Below, piece after piece: positions 1-6,348 of a stretch of DNA of 13,792 bases. Position numbers and translations under genes: made by a program. The first letter of the stretch is position 1. Every line of letters starts with the position of its first letter. The notes below the pieces were generated by a model. It searched no databases. It was not told where the DNA came from and saw only the letters and a list, made by a program, of their open reading frames with translations. Where the stretch lies: the NCBI GenBank assembly GCA_031414955.1, contig JANOQV010000162.1, positions 1 to 13,792 of the forward strand. Direction: 5' to 3'. Origin of the DNA: Pedosphaera sp. GTDB taxonomy: Bacteria > Verrucomicrobiota > Verrucomicrobiia > Limisphaerales > SIBH01.

Positions 1-1
1 G

Positions 2-1933
2 GAAGGGTTCTACCTCTACCTCGAAGCCATCCGGCCCAGCGCCGCCCCCGGCGATGTGCGCCTCGAACTTTTCGTCGATCCCGACGGCGACGGCCCGGCC
101 GGCTTCATCGGCTTTGATGCGCTGCGTTGCACGATTTTGGAATCCCATCTGGTCGAGTTCCTGCCTGGGAATGCGGTCGCACAGGTTCGCAAGATGTCTT
201 TGTCGAACCCCTCTCCAATAATCGCACCCTCTGCTTCGGCCAGCGGACTCGCTCCAAGCGCGGACAACCTTCGCGTGTTGGGCAACTTGACCGTGGGTGG
301 CACCGTGACTGATGCCTTATCCGATCTTTCCGCGACCGGGGCTGTGACTGAGGCGAAGATTTACCTCAACGACCATGTGAACCTGATTGGGACGTCAAGC
401 ATTGGCGGGACCAAGGGTGACGAGCCGACCAGCTTCCATCACCCATTCCCATTCTCAGGAGGGTTCAACACTACTTTTTCGAACGTGGAATTCCAGGTCG
501 GCTTGAACCTCGTCCGGGTCACGGCGGCGAACGAGAAAGGGTTCATCGGCTGGGCGGAGTACTGGATCGAGGTGGCGGCCACTCCCATCGTGGTCGCGGC
601 TCTGGATGCTCCGCCCGGCCAGCCGAACGGCCCCGCGCCCTGCACGCCCAGCGAGTACACGTACTGTGGTTACACCTTCCATGCGGCAAACACATTTCCA
701 GGGGGCTCATCTGACGGCGGAGTGATGAACAAGTACGGCGTTGAAATCGAAGGCGGCGGAGAATCGTTCCTGTCCACCATCGCCAAGATTTACGTCACGC
801 CCGAAGGCGAAAGCACGGCGGAAGAACACCGGCTCTTGGCCCATACCGATGGCAAGCGGCTGGTTGCTTCGTTTTACAACCACTACATCCGGCCCACGAC
901 TATGGTTCACCTGTCTGGTGGCTTGATCGGCTTTCATCTTCCCTCGCTGACTTTTAGCGCCGGAGTTGGAGCCGGGTTTGTGGAGGGAGGCTGGTTCACC
1001 ATCAAGGGTGGCTACGAAACGCTGCGATTGGCCGCCCCCTTCACCAGCATGTCCGCGATGACCTACGAGGCCACTCTCGGGAATCACTTCTCCGAACACA
1101 AAAAGTTCTGCGTGGAGAACTACAAAGCGGCCAAGCCCATCGTTGATTTCTGCGTGCAATGGCGGAGCCGGCAGTTTCAGGACATCTACAGTTCGCCCGA
1201 TCCGGCCGGGGCCGCGCTGGCGGCGATGGATGAGGATTGGCGCCTGGTCGCGGGCCTGACGATGGAACTGATCATCGCGCTGGACGCCGCCGACCAGGCG
1301 GCCACGGAGTACGAGCGCGGCAAGTTGATGGGGCGAGTGATGTTCGAGGCCGTCATGATGATTGTGCCCCCGGCGAAGGTGGCGCACCTGTCGAAGGCGG
1401 GGAAGCTGACGAAATTGCGTTTTCTTGATGATTTTGCCGAGCGAATCCGTGTTTCAAGTATACCAGACGCCAAAAAGCAGAGAGTTCTTGCGGGTCTCGA
1501 AGCTGCTCGAACCAAGGTCGGAGAATTCAGTTGGACGGGGCGGTATGGAGATTCCGGGCCTACTACAGCAGGACATGCTCGCAACCACTTGAATCAAGAT
1601 GCCGCCTTTGGCTCAGTCATTCCTAGCAACGATGGAATCGCTGTGGAGATGCTTGGCGCTAGGACTCAAGTAGGAACGCCACACTGGGAGTTTCATTACG
1701 GAAAGCCGGATGGGCTGCAAGGTTTTTGGAAACAGTTTTGGAGAGATGGAAATCGGCCAGGCCAACGCCCCACTTGTGCAGAATACGATGTCGCCATGGC
1801 GAAAGCCTTGAAACAAGGGGGCATTCCGGACGAGGAAGTCCTCGAGTTATGCAATACGGCACGAGCCAATCGGCTGCTGCATGGATTGACCGATGAATCC
1901 TCTGTGCCAAAAGTGCCAGGAGTTGGACAATGA
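2..1933 (+). CDS. 5'-truncated large polymorphic toxin-like protein: Ig-like region, helical pre-toxin-like region and a C-terminal His-rich putative nuclease tip
   Basis: The frame of ORF 56..1933 is open back to position 2 (EGFYLYLEAIRPSAAPGDVRLEL...), so the real start is upstream of the window. It has beta-rich Ig-like segments (LTVGGTVTD...GLNLVRVTAAN) and a Gly-rich hydrophobic segment (GVGAGFVEGG). YERGKLMGRVMFEAVMMIVPPAKVAHLSKAGK precedes a ~130-aa tip containing NHLNQDAAF...IP...GTPHWEFH...FW...PT..EY, which resembles tips I recall from Rhs-type toxins. Composition turns visibly more AT-rich after ~1410. The stop overlaps the next gene (ATGA). Confidence 0.75.
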   Translation, partial: EGFYLYLEAIRPSAAPGDVRLELFVDPDGDGPAGFIGFDALRCTILESHLVEFLPGNAVAQVRKMSLSNPSPIIAPSASASGLAPSADNLRVLGNLTVGGTVTDALSDLSATGAVTEAKIYLNDHVNLIGTSSIGGTKGDEPTSFHHPFPFSGGFNTTFSNVEFQVGLNLVRVTAANEKGFIGWAEYWIEVAATPIVVAALDAPPGQPNGPAPCTPSEYTYCGYTFHAANTFPGGSSDGGVMNKYGVEIEGGGESFLSTIAKIYVTPEGESTAEEHRLLAHTDGKRLVASFYNHYIRPTTMVHLSGGLIGFHLPSLTFSAGVGAGFVEGGWFTIKGGYETLRLAAPFTSMSAMTYEATLGNHFSEHKKFCVENYKAAKPIVDFCVQWRSRQFQDIYSSPDPAGAALAAMDEDWRLVAGLTMELIIALDAADQAATEYERGKLMGRVMFEAVMMIVPPAKVAHLSKAGKLTKLRFLDDFAERIRVSSIPDAKKQRVLAGLEAARTKVGEFSWTGRYGDSGPTTAGHARNHLNQDAAFGSVIPSNDGIAVEMLGARTQVGTPHWEFHYGKPDGLQGFWKQFWRDGNRPGQRPTCAEYDVAMAKALKQGGIPDEEVLELCNTARANRLLHGLTDESSVPKVPGVGQ

Positions 1934-2415
1934 TTTGCATGAACGAGAGAACAAAATCGACGCTTGTGGAACTACGGAGTGTGGCGTGGTTCCAAAATGC
2001 CGGGAAGCATGACGTGCAACAGGTTGCGGTTCTCGCCTCGTGGGCTGACGCATTCGAATCGATCAGCAGCGACCAGTGGCGAGACTTCCAGCACGAGGCA
2101 ACAAACTCACTTACCATGCAGCTATTTCAAACAAACAAACTGCGTTACAATCGCTGGAATGATGTCCTCGCTGAAATCAGACCCGTTGTGATCGACCTCG
2201 TTAGAGAGAAAATTGCTGCTGCGGGCGTAATGGTCTACCCGAAAGACTTCCCGATCTCGGTCGAGTGGGACATCATGATGTTGTTGATGGAAGCCGAGTA
2301 TTCAGATGTTTGTCCTCCAAAATGTTTCGCGGCGTTAGGATTCTACTACGTGCGGGGGCACTTTCCATGCGGCTGGGAAGGTGATTACCCACAAGGGCGA
2401 TTGATTGTGTTCTAA
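1930..2415 (+). CDS. Putative cognate immunity protein (161 aa; alternative start 1939)
   Basis: ATGA overlap with the toxin-like gene at 1930-1933. Small, Trp-rich, no signal peptide, with the same lower-GC composition as the tip. The C-terminus YYVRGHFPCGWEGDYPQGRLIVF matches a motif I recall from small proteins downstream of polymorphic toxins. Confidence 0.72.
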   Translation: MICMNERTKSTLVELRSVAWFQNAGKHDVQQVAVLASWADAFESISSDQWRDFQHEATNSLTMQLFQTNKLRYNRWNDVLAEIRPVVIDLVREKIAAAGVMVYPKDFPISVEWDIMMLLMEAEYSDVCPPKCFAALGFYYVRGHFPCGWEGDYPQGRLIVF

Positions 2416-2438
2416 CTGCGGAACGAATTCGCCAGAAC

Positions 2439-2450
2439 GGGGTCAGTTCT
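2439..2450 (+). repeat. Solo partial copy of the RAYT-element end (GGGGTCAGTTCT)
   Basis: Exact 12/12 reverse complement of AGAACTGACCCC at 3905-3916 and 11/12 to GGGGTCAGTCCT at 2893-2904. It ends exactly where the IS4-like inverted repeat starts (2451). Confidence 0.7.
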
Positions 2451-2889
2451 GAATGGCGCTTAGTTAAGGCATGGGTTCCGTAAAGAAATCTACGCGGAAT
2501 GCCATTTTTAAGTGGTACGAAATGATCCCCTCGATCAGCATGGCGCATGAGTCAACGCACCGCCTTTCTGCCCGGTCTTTCTCACCAACTTTGTGGCCGG
2601 GCACGCCGCTCCCAACTCGATCAAATCCGCGCGCAAACCGAGCAAGTGCGCCAGGCCAGCTTGAGTCGCTTGAGCGAGACCTTCGGGCCGTAGCTGCCCA
2701 CCGTTCTTTTGGCTCCCACCGCGCGCGGCGTGAACAGCCGAAAGCACCTCTATCCTTTGCGACTCACCTTCTGGGCTTTTCTGAGTCAGGTCTTGAGTCC
2801 GGGCAGTTCCTGCCGCGAGATCGTCCGCAAGGTGCAGGCGTGGTATGCGCCGCAGGACGGGGCGCAGCCCGACAGCCGCACGGGCGCGA
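2451..2889 (+). mobile_element. Left-end remnant of an IS4-family insertion sequence
   Basis: 2451-2469 GAATGGCGCTTAGTTAAGG resembles the IS4 terminal repeat as I recall it (TAATGCCGATCAGTTAAG). It is followed by a transposase 5' fragment. No right repeat was seen in the window. Confidence 0.7.
2547..2888 (+). pseudogene. IS4-family transposase N-terminal fragment with an internal stop, truncated at the 3' end
   Basis: Manual translation from ATG 2547: MSQRTAFLPGLSHQLCGRARRSQLDQIRAQTEQVRQASLSRLSETFGP*LPTVLLAPTARGVNSRKHLYPLRLTFWAFLSQVLSPGSSCREIVRKVQAWYAPQDGAQPDSRTGA. The in-frame TAG is at 2691-2693. TFWAFLSQVL..SCRE.VR matches the IS4 transposase N-terminus as I recall it. The frame runs into the repeat at 2890 and there is no DDE domain. 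Confidence 0.72.
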
Positions 2890-3919
2890 AAAGGGGTCAG
2901 TCCTCACAATTGACAATCGCCGCCGCGCCTGCTTGAGTCACGGCAAGCTCAATTTCCAAAGGAACCGCCATGCCACGTCCCTTGCGCATCGAATATCCCG
3001 GAGCCATCTATCATCTGATGAGCCGGGGTGACCATCGCGAACCCATCTTCCAAGACGACGGCGACCGCCGCCGCTTTCTCGAAACTCTCGGTGAAGCCTG
3101 GACCAAGACCGGCTGGCAGATTCACGCCTTTTGTCTCATGGGCAATCACTTTCATCTCGTCGCCGAAACACCGCAGGCGAATCTGGTCGCGGGCATGAAG
3201 TGGTTGCTGGGCACGTACACCGGGCGCTTCAACCGCCGGCACAAACTTTTCGGCCACCTCTTCAGCGGGCGCTACAAGTCGCTGGTCATCGACGAGCGCG
3301 GGGGCGACTACCTGCGCACCGCCTGCGACTACGTGCATTTGAATCCGTGGCGCGCCGGCTTGGTCGCGCCGGACCAGCCGCTCTCGGCCTCTCCGTGGAG
3401 CAGTTACCCGCTCTATCTCGCAGCGGGGCGACGGCCAGCTTGGTTGCGCGTGGATCGTTTGCTGGGCGAACATGGTATCCAGGCCGACACGGCGGAAGGG
3501 CGCATCGAGTTCCAGGCGCGCTTGGAGGAGCGGCGCAAGGAAGGCGACCCGGCGGATTCGTGGGCGGTATTTCGCCGCGGGTGGCGGCTGGGCGCGGAGG
3601 ACTTCGCGCAACGGCTGGCCGAACGGCTGGGCCGGGCCGGGCAGTCCCACGAACTGGCCTGGGAAAGAAACGAAACCGACGAACAGCGAGCCGAACGACT
3701 GGTGCAGGAGTGGCTGGCGGCGAATGGATGGACTGAAGCCGAAGTTGCGGCACGGCCCAAGGGCGATCCGACCAAAGCCAAACTGGCTCTGCGCCTGCGT
3801 GCGGAGACTCCCATGACGCGGCAATGGATCGCCAAGCGGCTGAGCATGGGCAGCGCCAGCTACATTTCACACCTCACCGCTAAGGGAACGGATTGTCGAT
3901 TGTGAGAACTGACCCCTTT
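2890..3919 (+). mobile_element. 1030-bp element: RAYT-like HUH transposase gene bounded by 29-bp imperfect inverted repeats
   Basis: Left 2890-2918 is AAAGGGGTCAGTCCTCACAATTGACAATC. Right 3891-3919 is GATTGTCGATTGTGAGAACTGACCCCTTT, reverse complement AAAGGGGTCAGTTCTCACAATCGACAATC, giving 27/29 identity. The gene stop lies inside the right repeat. No convincing target-site duplication. Confidence 0.85.
2970..3905 (+). CDS. REP-associated tyrosine transposase-like (Y1/IS200-like HUH) protein with a C-terminal HTH-like extension, 311 aa
   Basis: MPRPLRIEYPGAIYHLMSRG start, HUH motif CLMGNHFHL, GHLFSGRYKS, catalytic Tyr region YVHLNP, WSSY motif and a C-terminal IAKRLSMGSASYIS helix-turn-helix-like tail. 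Confidence 0.93.
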   Translation: MPRPLRIEYPGAIYHLMSRGDHREPIFQDDGDRRRFLETLGEAWTKTGWQIHAFCLMGNHFHLVAETPQANLVAGMKWLLGTYTGRFNRRHKLFGHLFSGRYKSLVIDERGGDYLRTACDYVHLNPWRAGLVAPDQPLSASPWSSYPLYLAAGRRPAWLRVDRLLGEHGIQADTAEGRIEFQARLEERRKEGDPADSWAVFRRGWRLGAEDFAQRLAERLGRAGQSHELAWERNETDEQRAERLVQEWLAANGWTEAEVAARPKGDPTKAKLALRLRAETPMTRQWIAKRLSMGSASYISHLTAKGTDCRL

Positions 3920-4416
3920 AAGAGTTGTCAAAGGGCGGCACGCTGGCCAACACTTTCCTGCACGGTCAAGGCGGCTGGGGCATGAACCTAGCTTGGGACG
4001 CCATCATCCCTGGCCAAGGCAATACGCCGCCCACCAGGCGGACCCTGACTCCGGCGGAAACCACGCAGATAATTCTCAGCGACACCAATCAGTTGCGGAC
4101 CAAGCCATTCTTCCGGCGTTTCACGGAGGACCGGTTGATGACAGAGCCAGTAGGGGGTCAGTCGGACGGAAGTGCCGCCGCCGCCGACCCGGTCATCCGC
4201 GCTACCGTGCTCGGTGCGGCAATTCCAGCGACATCAAGGGCTACGGGGAGAAATGTGCTTAGAGTGGCAAGGAATTTTGACATGCAAAGCCTGCAAACAG
4301 GATGGCCGTCGGAGCGGGACAACGATGATTGGTTCCATAGCGACCTAAAAGATATTGCGTTTCCATTCAATCACCAGCTCCATGAAACAATCGTACAGCG
4401 AGGATCACTGAGATGA
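3920..4416 (+). pseudogene. Orphan C-terminal fragment of a larger protein, possibly the end of an alpha/beta-hydrolase (lipase-like) effector
   Basis: The frame opens right after the RAYT right repeat (TAA 3919-3921, then ELSKGGTL...) with only a TTG start and no RBS. It ends with NFDMQ...GWP..R...WFHSDLK..AF, whose HS could be the catalytic His loop of a hydrolase. No GxSxG-type nucleophile elbow is present. ATGA overlap with the next gene. Confidence 0.55.
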
Positions 4417-5381
4417 ACATGAACTCTATTGTAGTCGGCGCGCTTTTTGGTTTGGCGACAGCCCTCGCCGCAGCCCAAGGGGAGGCGCAGCTAACATTTC
4501 GCGTTGTTAGTGAACAAGGCGATCCACTGAGCGGCATCGAATTGAGAATGGCCATGTTCGACCGCCCTGGATTGATCCAAGGGCGAGACGAAGACATACA
4601 TCGAAGGACATCGGGTCTTACCGATGCCCAAGGATCGGTGACCTTGACGTTAACATCCGATCTGTGGCTGGCCCGGTGTAAGTTGATTGCGCCGCCGGGC
4701 TTTTATCCTTGCGATTTTAAGACAATCGAATTCACGGGACTGGCGAATGGAAAATGGCAGCCGTGGAACCCGACGAATGTGGTGGTGCTCAAGCCGATCA
4801 TGAATCCGATTCCTCTTTATGGCAAGAAAGTGGATATGCTGCCGATTCCCGCCCAGGACACGGCGATTGGATTCGACTTAATGGCCGGCGACTGGGTTGC
4901 GCCGCGTGGGCGGGGGACCAACGCGGACTTATTCTTTAACCTCCACCGCCAGTTCACCAACGCCACTCTGCCGTTTGACCTGAGCGTGGACATCACCTTC
5001 CCGAACGACGGAGATGGCCTGCTCGCCGTCAGTGCGCCCTACCGGCAGGGTAGCATCCTGCGATTGCGCAGCGCGCCAGAGGCGGGGTACACCAACTCCC
5101 TGACCAAACGTATCTTTCGGGCGAGCGTGAGCACCCCCATCGTCGTGGACACGGATGAGAATCGGAGCCATTTCCTGCGGATCCGCACGCAGCAATCGAA
5201 CGGCCAGATCACCAGTGCCTTGTATGGGAAAATCTACGGCGACATCGACTTGTCCGCGTTTGGCGAACTCCGCTTCACTTACTACCTCAACCCCACGCCA
5301 AACTCGCGGAACTTGGAGTTCAACACCAAGAGCAATTTGCTCAAGAACTTGAAGTCCTTCGAGAATCCAAACGAACCTTGA
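4413..5381 (+). CDS. Exported beta-rich protein (322 aa) with an N-terminal carboxypeptidase-regulatory-like domain; putative periplasmic immunity protein
   Basis: Signal peptide MNMNSIVVGALFGLATALAAAQG. FRVVSEQGDPLSG...GLTDAQG is typical of CarboxypepD_reg-like folds. The C-terminus is YGKIYGDI...FTYYLNPTPNSRNLEF. ATGA coupling to the upstream fragment at 4413-4416. The immunity role is inferred from context only. Confidence 0.65.
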   Translation: MNMNSIVVGALFGLATALAAAQGEAQLTFRVVSEQGDPLSGIELRMAMFDRPGLIQGRDEDIHRRTSGLTDAQGSVTLTLTSDLWLARCKLIAPPGFYPCDFKTIEFTGLANGKWQPWNPTNVVVLKPIMNPIPLYGKKVDMLPIPAQDTAIGFDLMAGDWVAPRGRGTNADLFFNLHRQFTNATLPFDLSVDITFPNDGDGLLAVSAPYRQGSILRLRSAPEAGYTNSLTKRIFRASVSTPIVVDTDENRSHFLRIRTQQSNGQITSALYGKIYGDIDLSAFGELRFTYYLNPTPNSRNLEFNTKSNLLKNLKSFENPNEP

Positions 5382-5387
5382 TGGTAG

Positions 5388-5410
5388 TAAAGGGGTCGCC
5401 ACTATTGACC
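5388..5410 (+). repeat. Diverged left end of a second RAYT-like element
   Basis: TAAAGGGGTCGCCACTATTGACC. The first 10 nt are the exact reverse complement of 3911-3920, and it retains the ATTGAC seen in the 2890-2918 repeat. It lies 7 bp after the upstream stop and ~50 bp before the RAYT start. Confidence 0.7.
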
Positions 5411-5432
5411 TGAAATTTGTCGGAAGTAGAAC
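5405..5432 (+). promoter_or_regulatory. Possible sigma70-type promoter for the second RAYT gene
   Basis: TTGACC (5405-5410), a 16-bp spacer, then TAGAAC (5427-5432), 6 nt before ATG 5439, which would give a leaderless or near-leaderless transcript. Confidence 0.3.
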
Positions 5433-5438
5433 GCCGCC

Positions 5439-5549
5439 ATGCCCCGCGCCCTGCGCATCCAATATCCCGGAGCCATTTACCATGTGATGAAACGTGGCGA
5501 CCGCCGCGAACTCATCTTCCGAGGCGACCTCGACCACAAACGTTTCCTC
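5439..5549 (+). pseudogene. Truncated second RAYT-like transposase (first ~37 codons)
   Basis: MPRALRIQYPGAIYHVMKRGDRRELIFRGDLDHKRFL aligns with MPRPLRIEYPGAIYHLMSRGDHREPIFQDDGDRRRFL of 2970..3905. Similarity stops after RFL, before the HUH motif, and the frame runs on in unrelated sequence to 5642. Confidence 0.88.
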
Positions 5550-5693
5550 GTCTGCACGAGGTCGCGGGAGGGCGGATTAGCAGGGGTCGTTTTCAGGACA
5601 AGCATTTTGGTTGAAACTATTCCAAGCGTGACTCCAGGTTAAATCAGCCGCTGAGCGGGATGCTGGGCGGCGGTTTTCTCCGGGTCATGCCGC

Positions 5694-6137
5694 ATGAGGC
5701 CGTATCGGATACCGCCCCCGCTTGCCGCCGTGACTCGCTGGCCGGAACTGGCCCTCGAATGCGCCTACTCCGTCTCCCAAATCGCCCGGCGCTGCGGCGT
5801 GACAGTGCCGCAGTTCCGCAGCTTTTGCCGTCATCAACTGGGCTGTGGAGCCAAGCGCTGGCTGCGGGAACTGCGCCTGGCCCAGGCGGAGGTCTGGCTG
5901 GACGCCCGGCTGTCATCCGAGGCGGTGGCGCGGCAACTGCATTTCCGGGACGCGCCGCATTTCTGCCGCGAGTTCAAGCGGGCGCGCGGGGTGAGTCCGC
6001 AGGCCTGGCGGGCAAGTCGCGTGTGGTGGCGGCGCGTCTCAGGCCAGGAGTTGCCATTCACACCGGTGCGTCTGCCTACGCCTCCCAAGGCGCGGGTGTT
6101 TCCGAGCGAGCGGGATTTTCCGTGGCTGGGTGTTTAA
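5694..6137 (+). CDS. Small AraC-family transcriptional regulator (HTH domain only)
   Basis: YSVSQIARRCGVT...WLRELRLAQA..WL...SSEAVARQLHFRDAPHFCREFKRARGVSPQAWR matches the AraC double-HTH signature (VA..LGF.D..HF.R.FK...G.SP). There is no N-terminal sensing domain. Confidence 0.85.
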   Translation: MRPYRIPPPLAAVTRWPELALECAYSVSQIARRCGVTVPQFRSFCRHQLGCGAKRWLRELRLAQAEVWLDARLSSEAVARQLHFRDAPHFCREFKRARGVSPQAWRASRVWWRRVSGQELPFTPVRLPTPPKARVFPSERDFPWLGV

Positions 6138-6155
6138 CCGGAACGATTCAAAGGG

Positions 6156-6267
6156 AAACCACGAATGGACACCAATGGACACGAATTTTCAAAGGTCTGG
6201 AGGATGGACCATCCTGACAGGAATTTCCCCCTCTGCATTGGTGTTCATTTGTGTCCATTCGTGGTTT
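6156..6267. repeat. 112-bp palindromic element with 31-bp inverted arms built from 10-bp subrepeats
   Basis: 6156-6186 AAACCACGAATGGACACCAATGGACACGAAT matches the reverse complement of 6237-6267 (AAACCACGAATGGACACAAATGAACACCAAT) at 28/31. There is an internal palindrome AGGATGG-A-CCATCCT at 6201-6215. The element lies between convergent genes. Confidence 0.85.
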
Positions 6268-6348
6268 GGAAACAAATTCCCGGATCAGTTTCGGAGTTGC
6301 GGTCGAAGGGTGGTAGCCGGACAGACTTTCGCCGTCGCCGGGCCAGCA

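Noticed and set aside
56..58. GTG 56 as the start of the toxin-like gene
   Set aside because: The frame is open from position 2 with protein-like sequence and there is no RBS or signal peptide, so the gene begins upstream of the window.
2910..2945. Complete sigma70 promoter from TTGACA in the left repeat
   Set aside because: The -35 is perfect but there is no convincing -10 at 16-18 bp, so it is mentioned only as part of the repeat.
2471..3031. 186-aa ORF on the + strand
   Set aside because: It is an off-frame overlay of the IS4 pseudogene and RAYT end, crosses element boundaries and has no recognisable motifs.
2949..3870. Antisense and alternate-frame ORFs over the RAYT gene (291, 201, 194, 144 aa)
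   Set aside because: Shadow ORFs typical of high-GC coding DNA; the 2970..3905 frame holds all the HUH motifs.
4929..5537. 202-aa minus-strand ORF whose start resembles the end of the 2949..3824 ORF
   Set aside because: The similarity simply reflects the antisense of the two RAYT 5' ends.
5660..6217. 185-aa + strand ORF
   Set aside because: It overlaps the AraC frame, is low-complexity Ala/Gly/Arg and has no motifs.
6156..6267. CRISPR array or tRNA
   Set aside because: The repeats are inverted with 10-bp subunits and no unique spacers. There are no cas genes and no cloverleaf.
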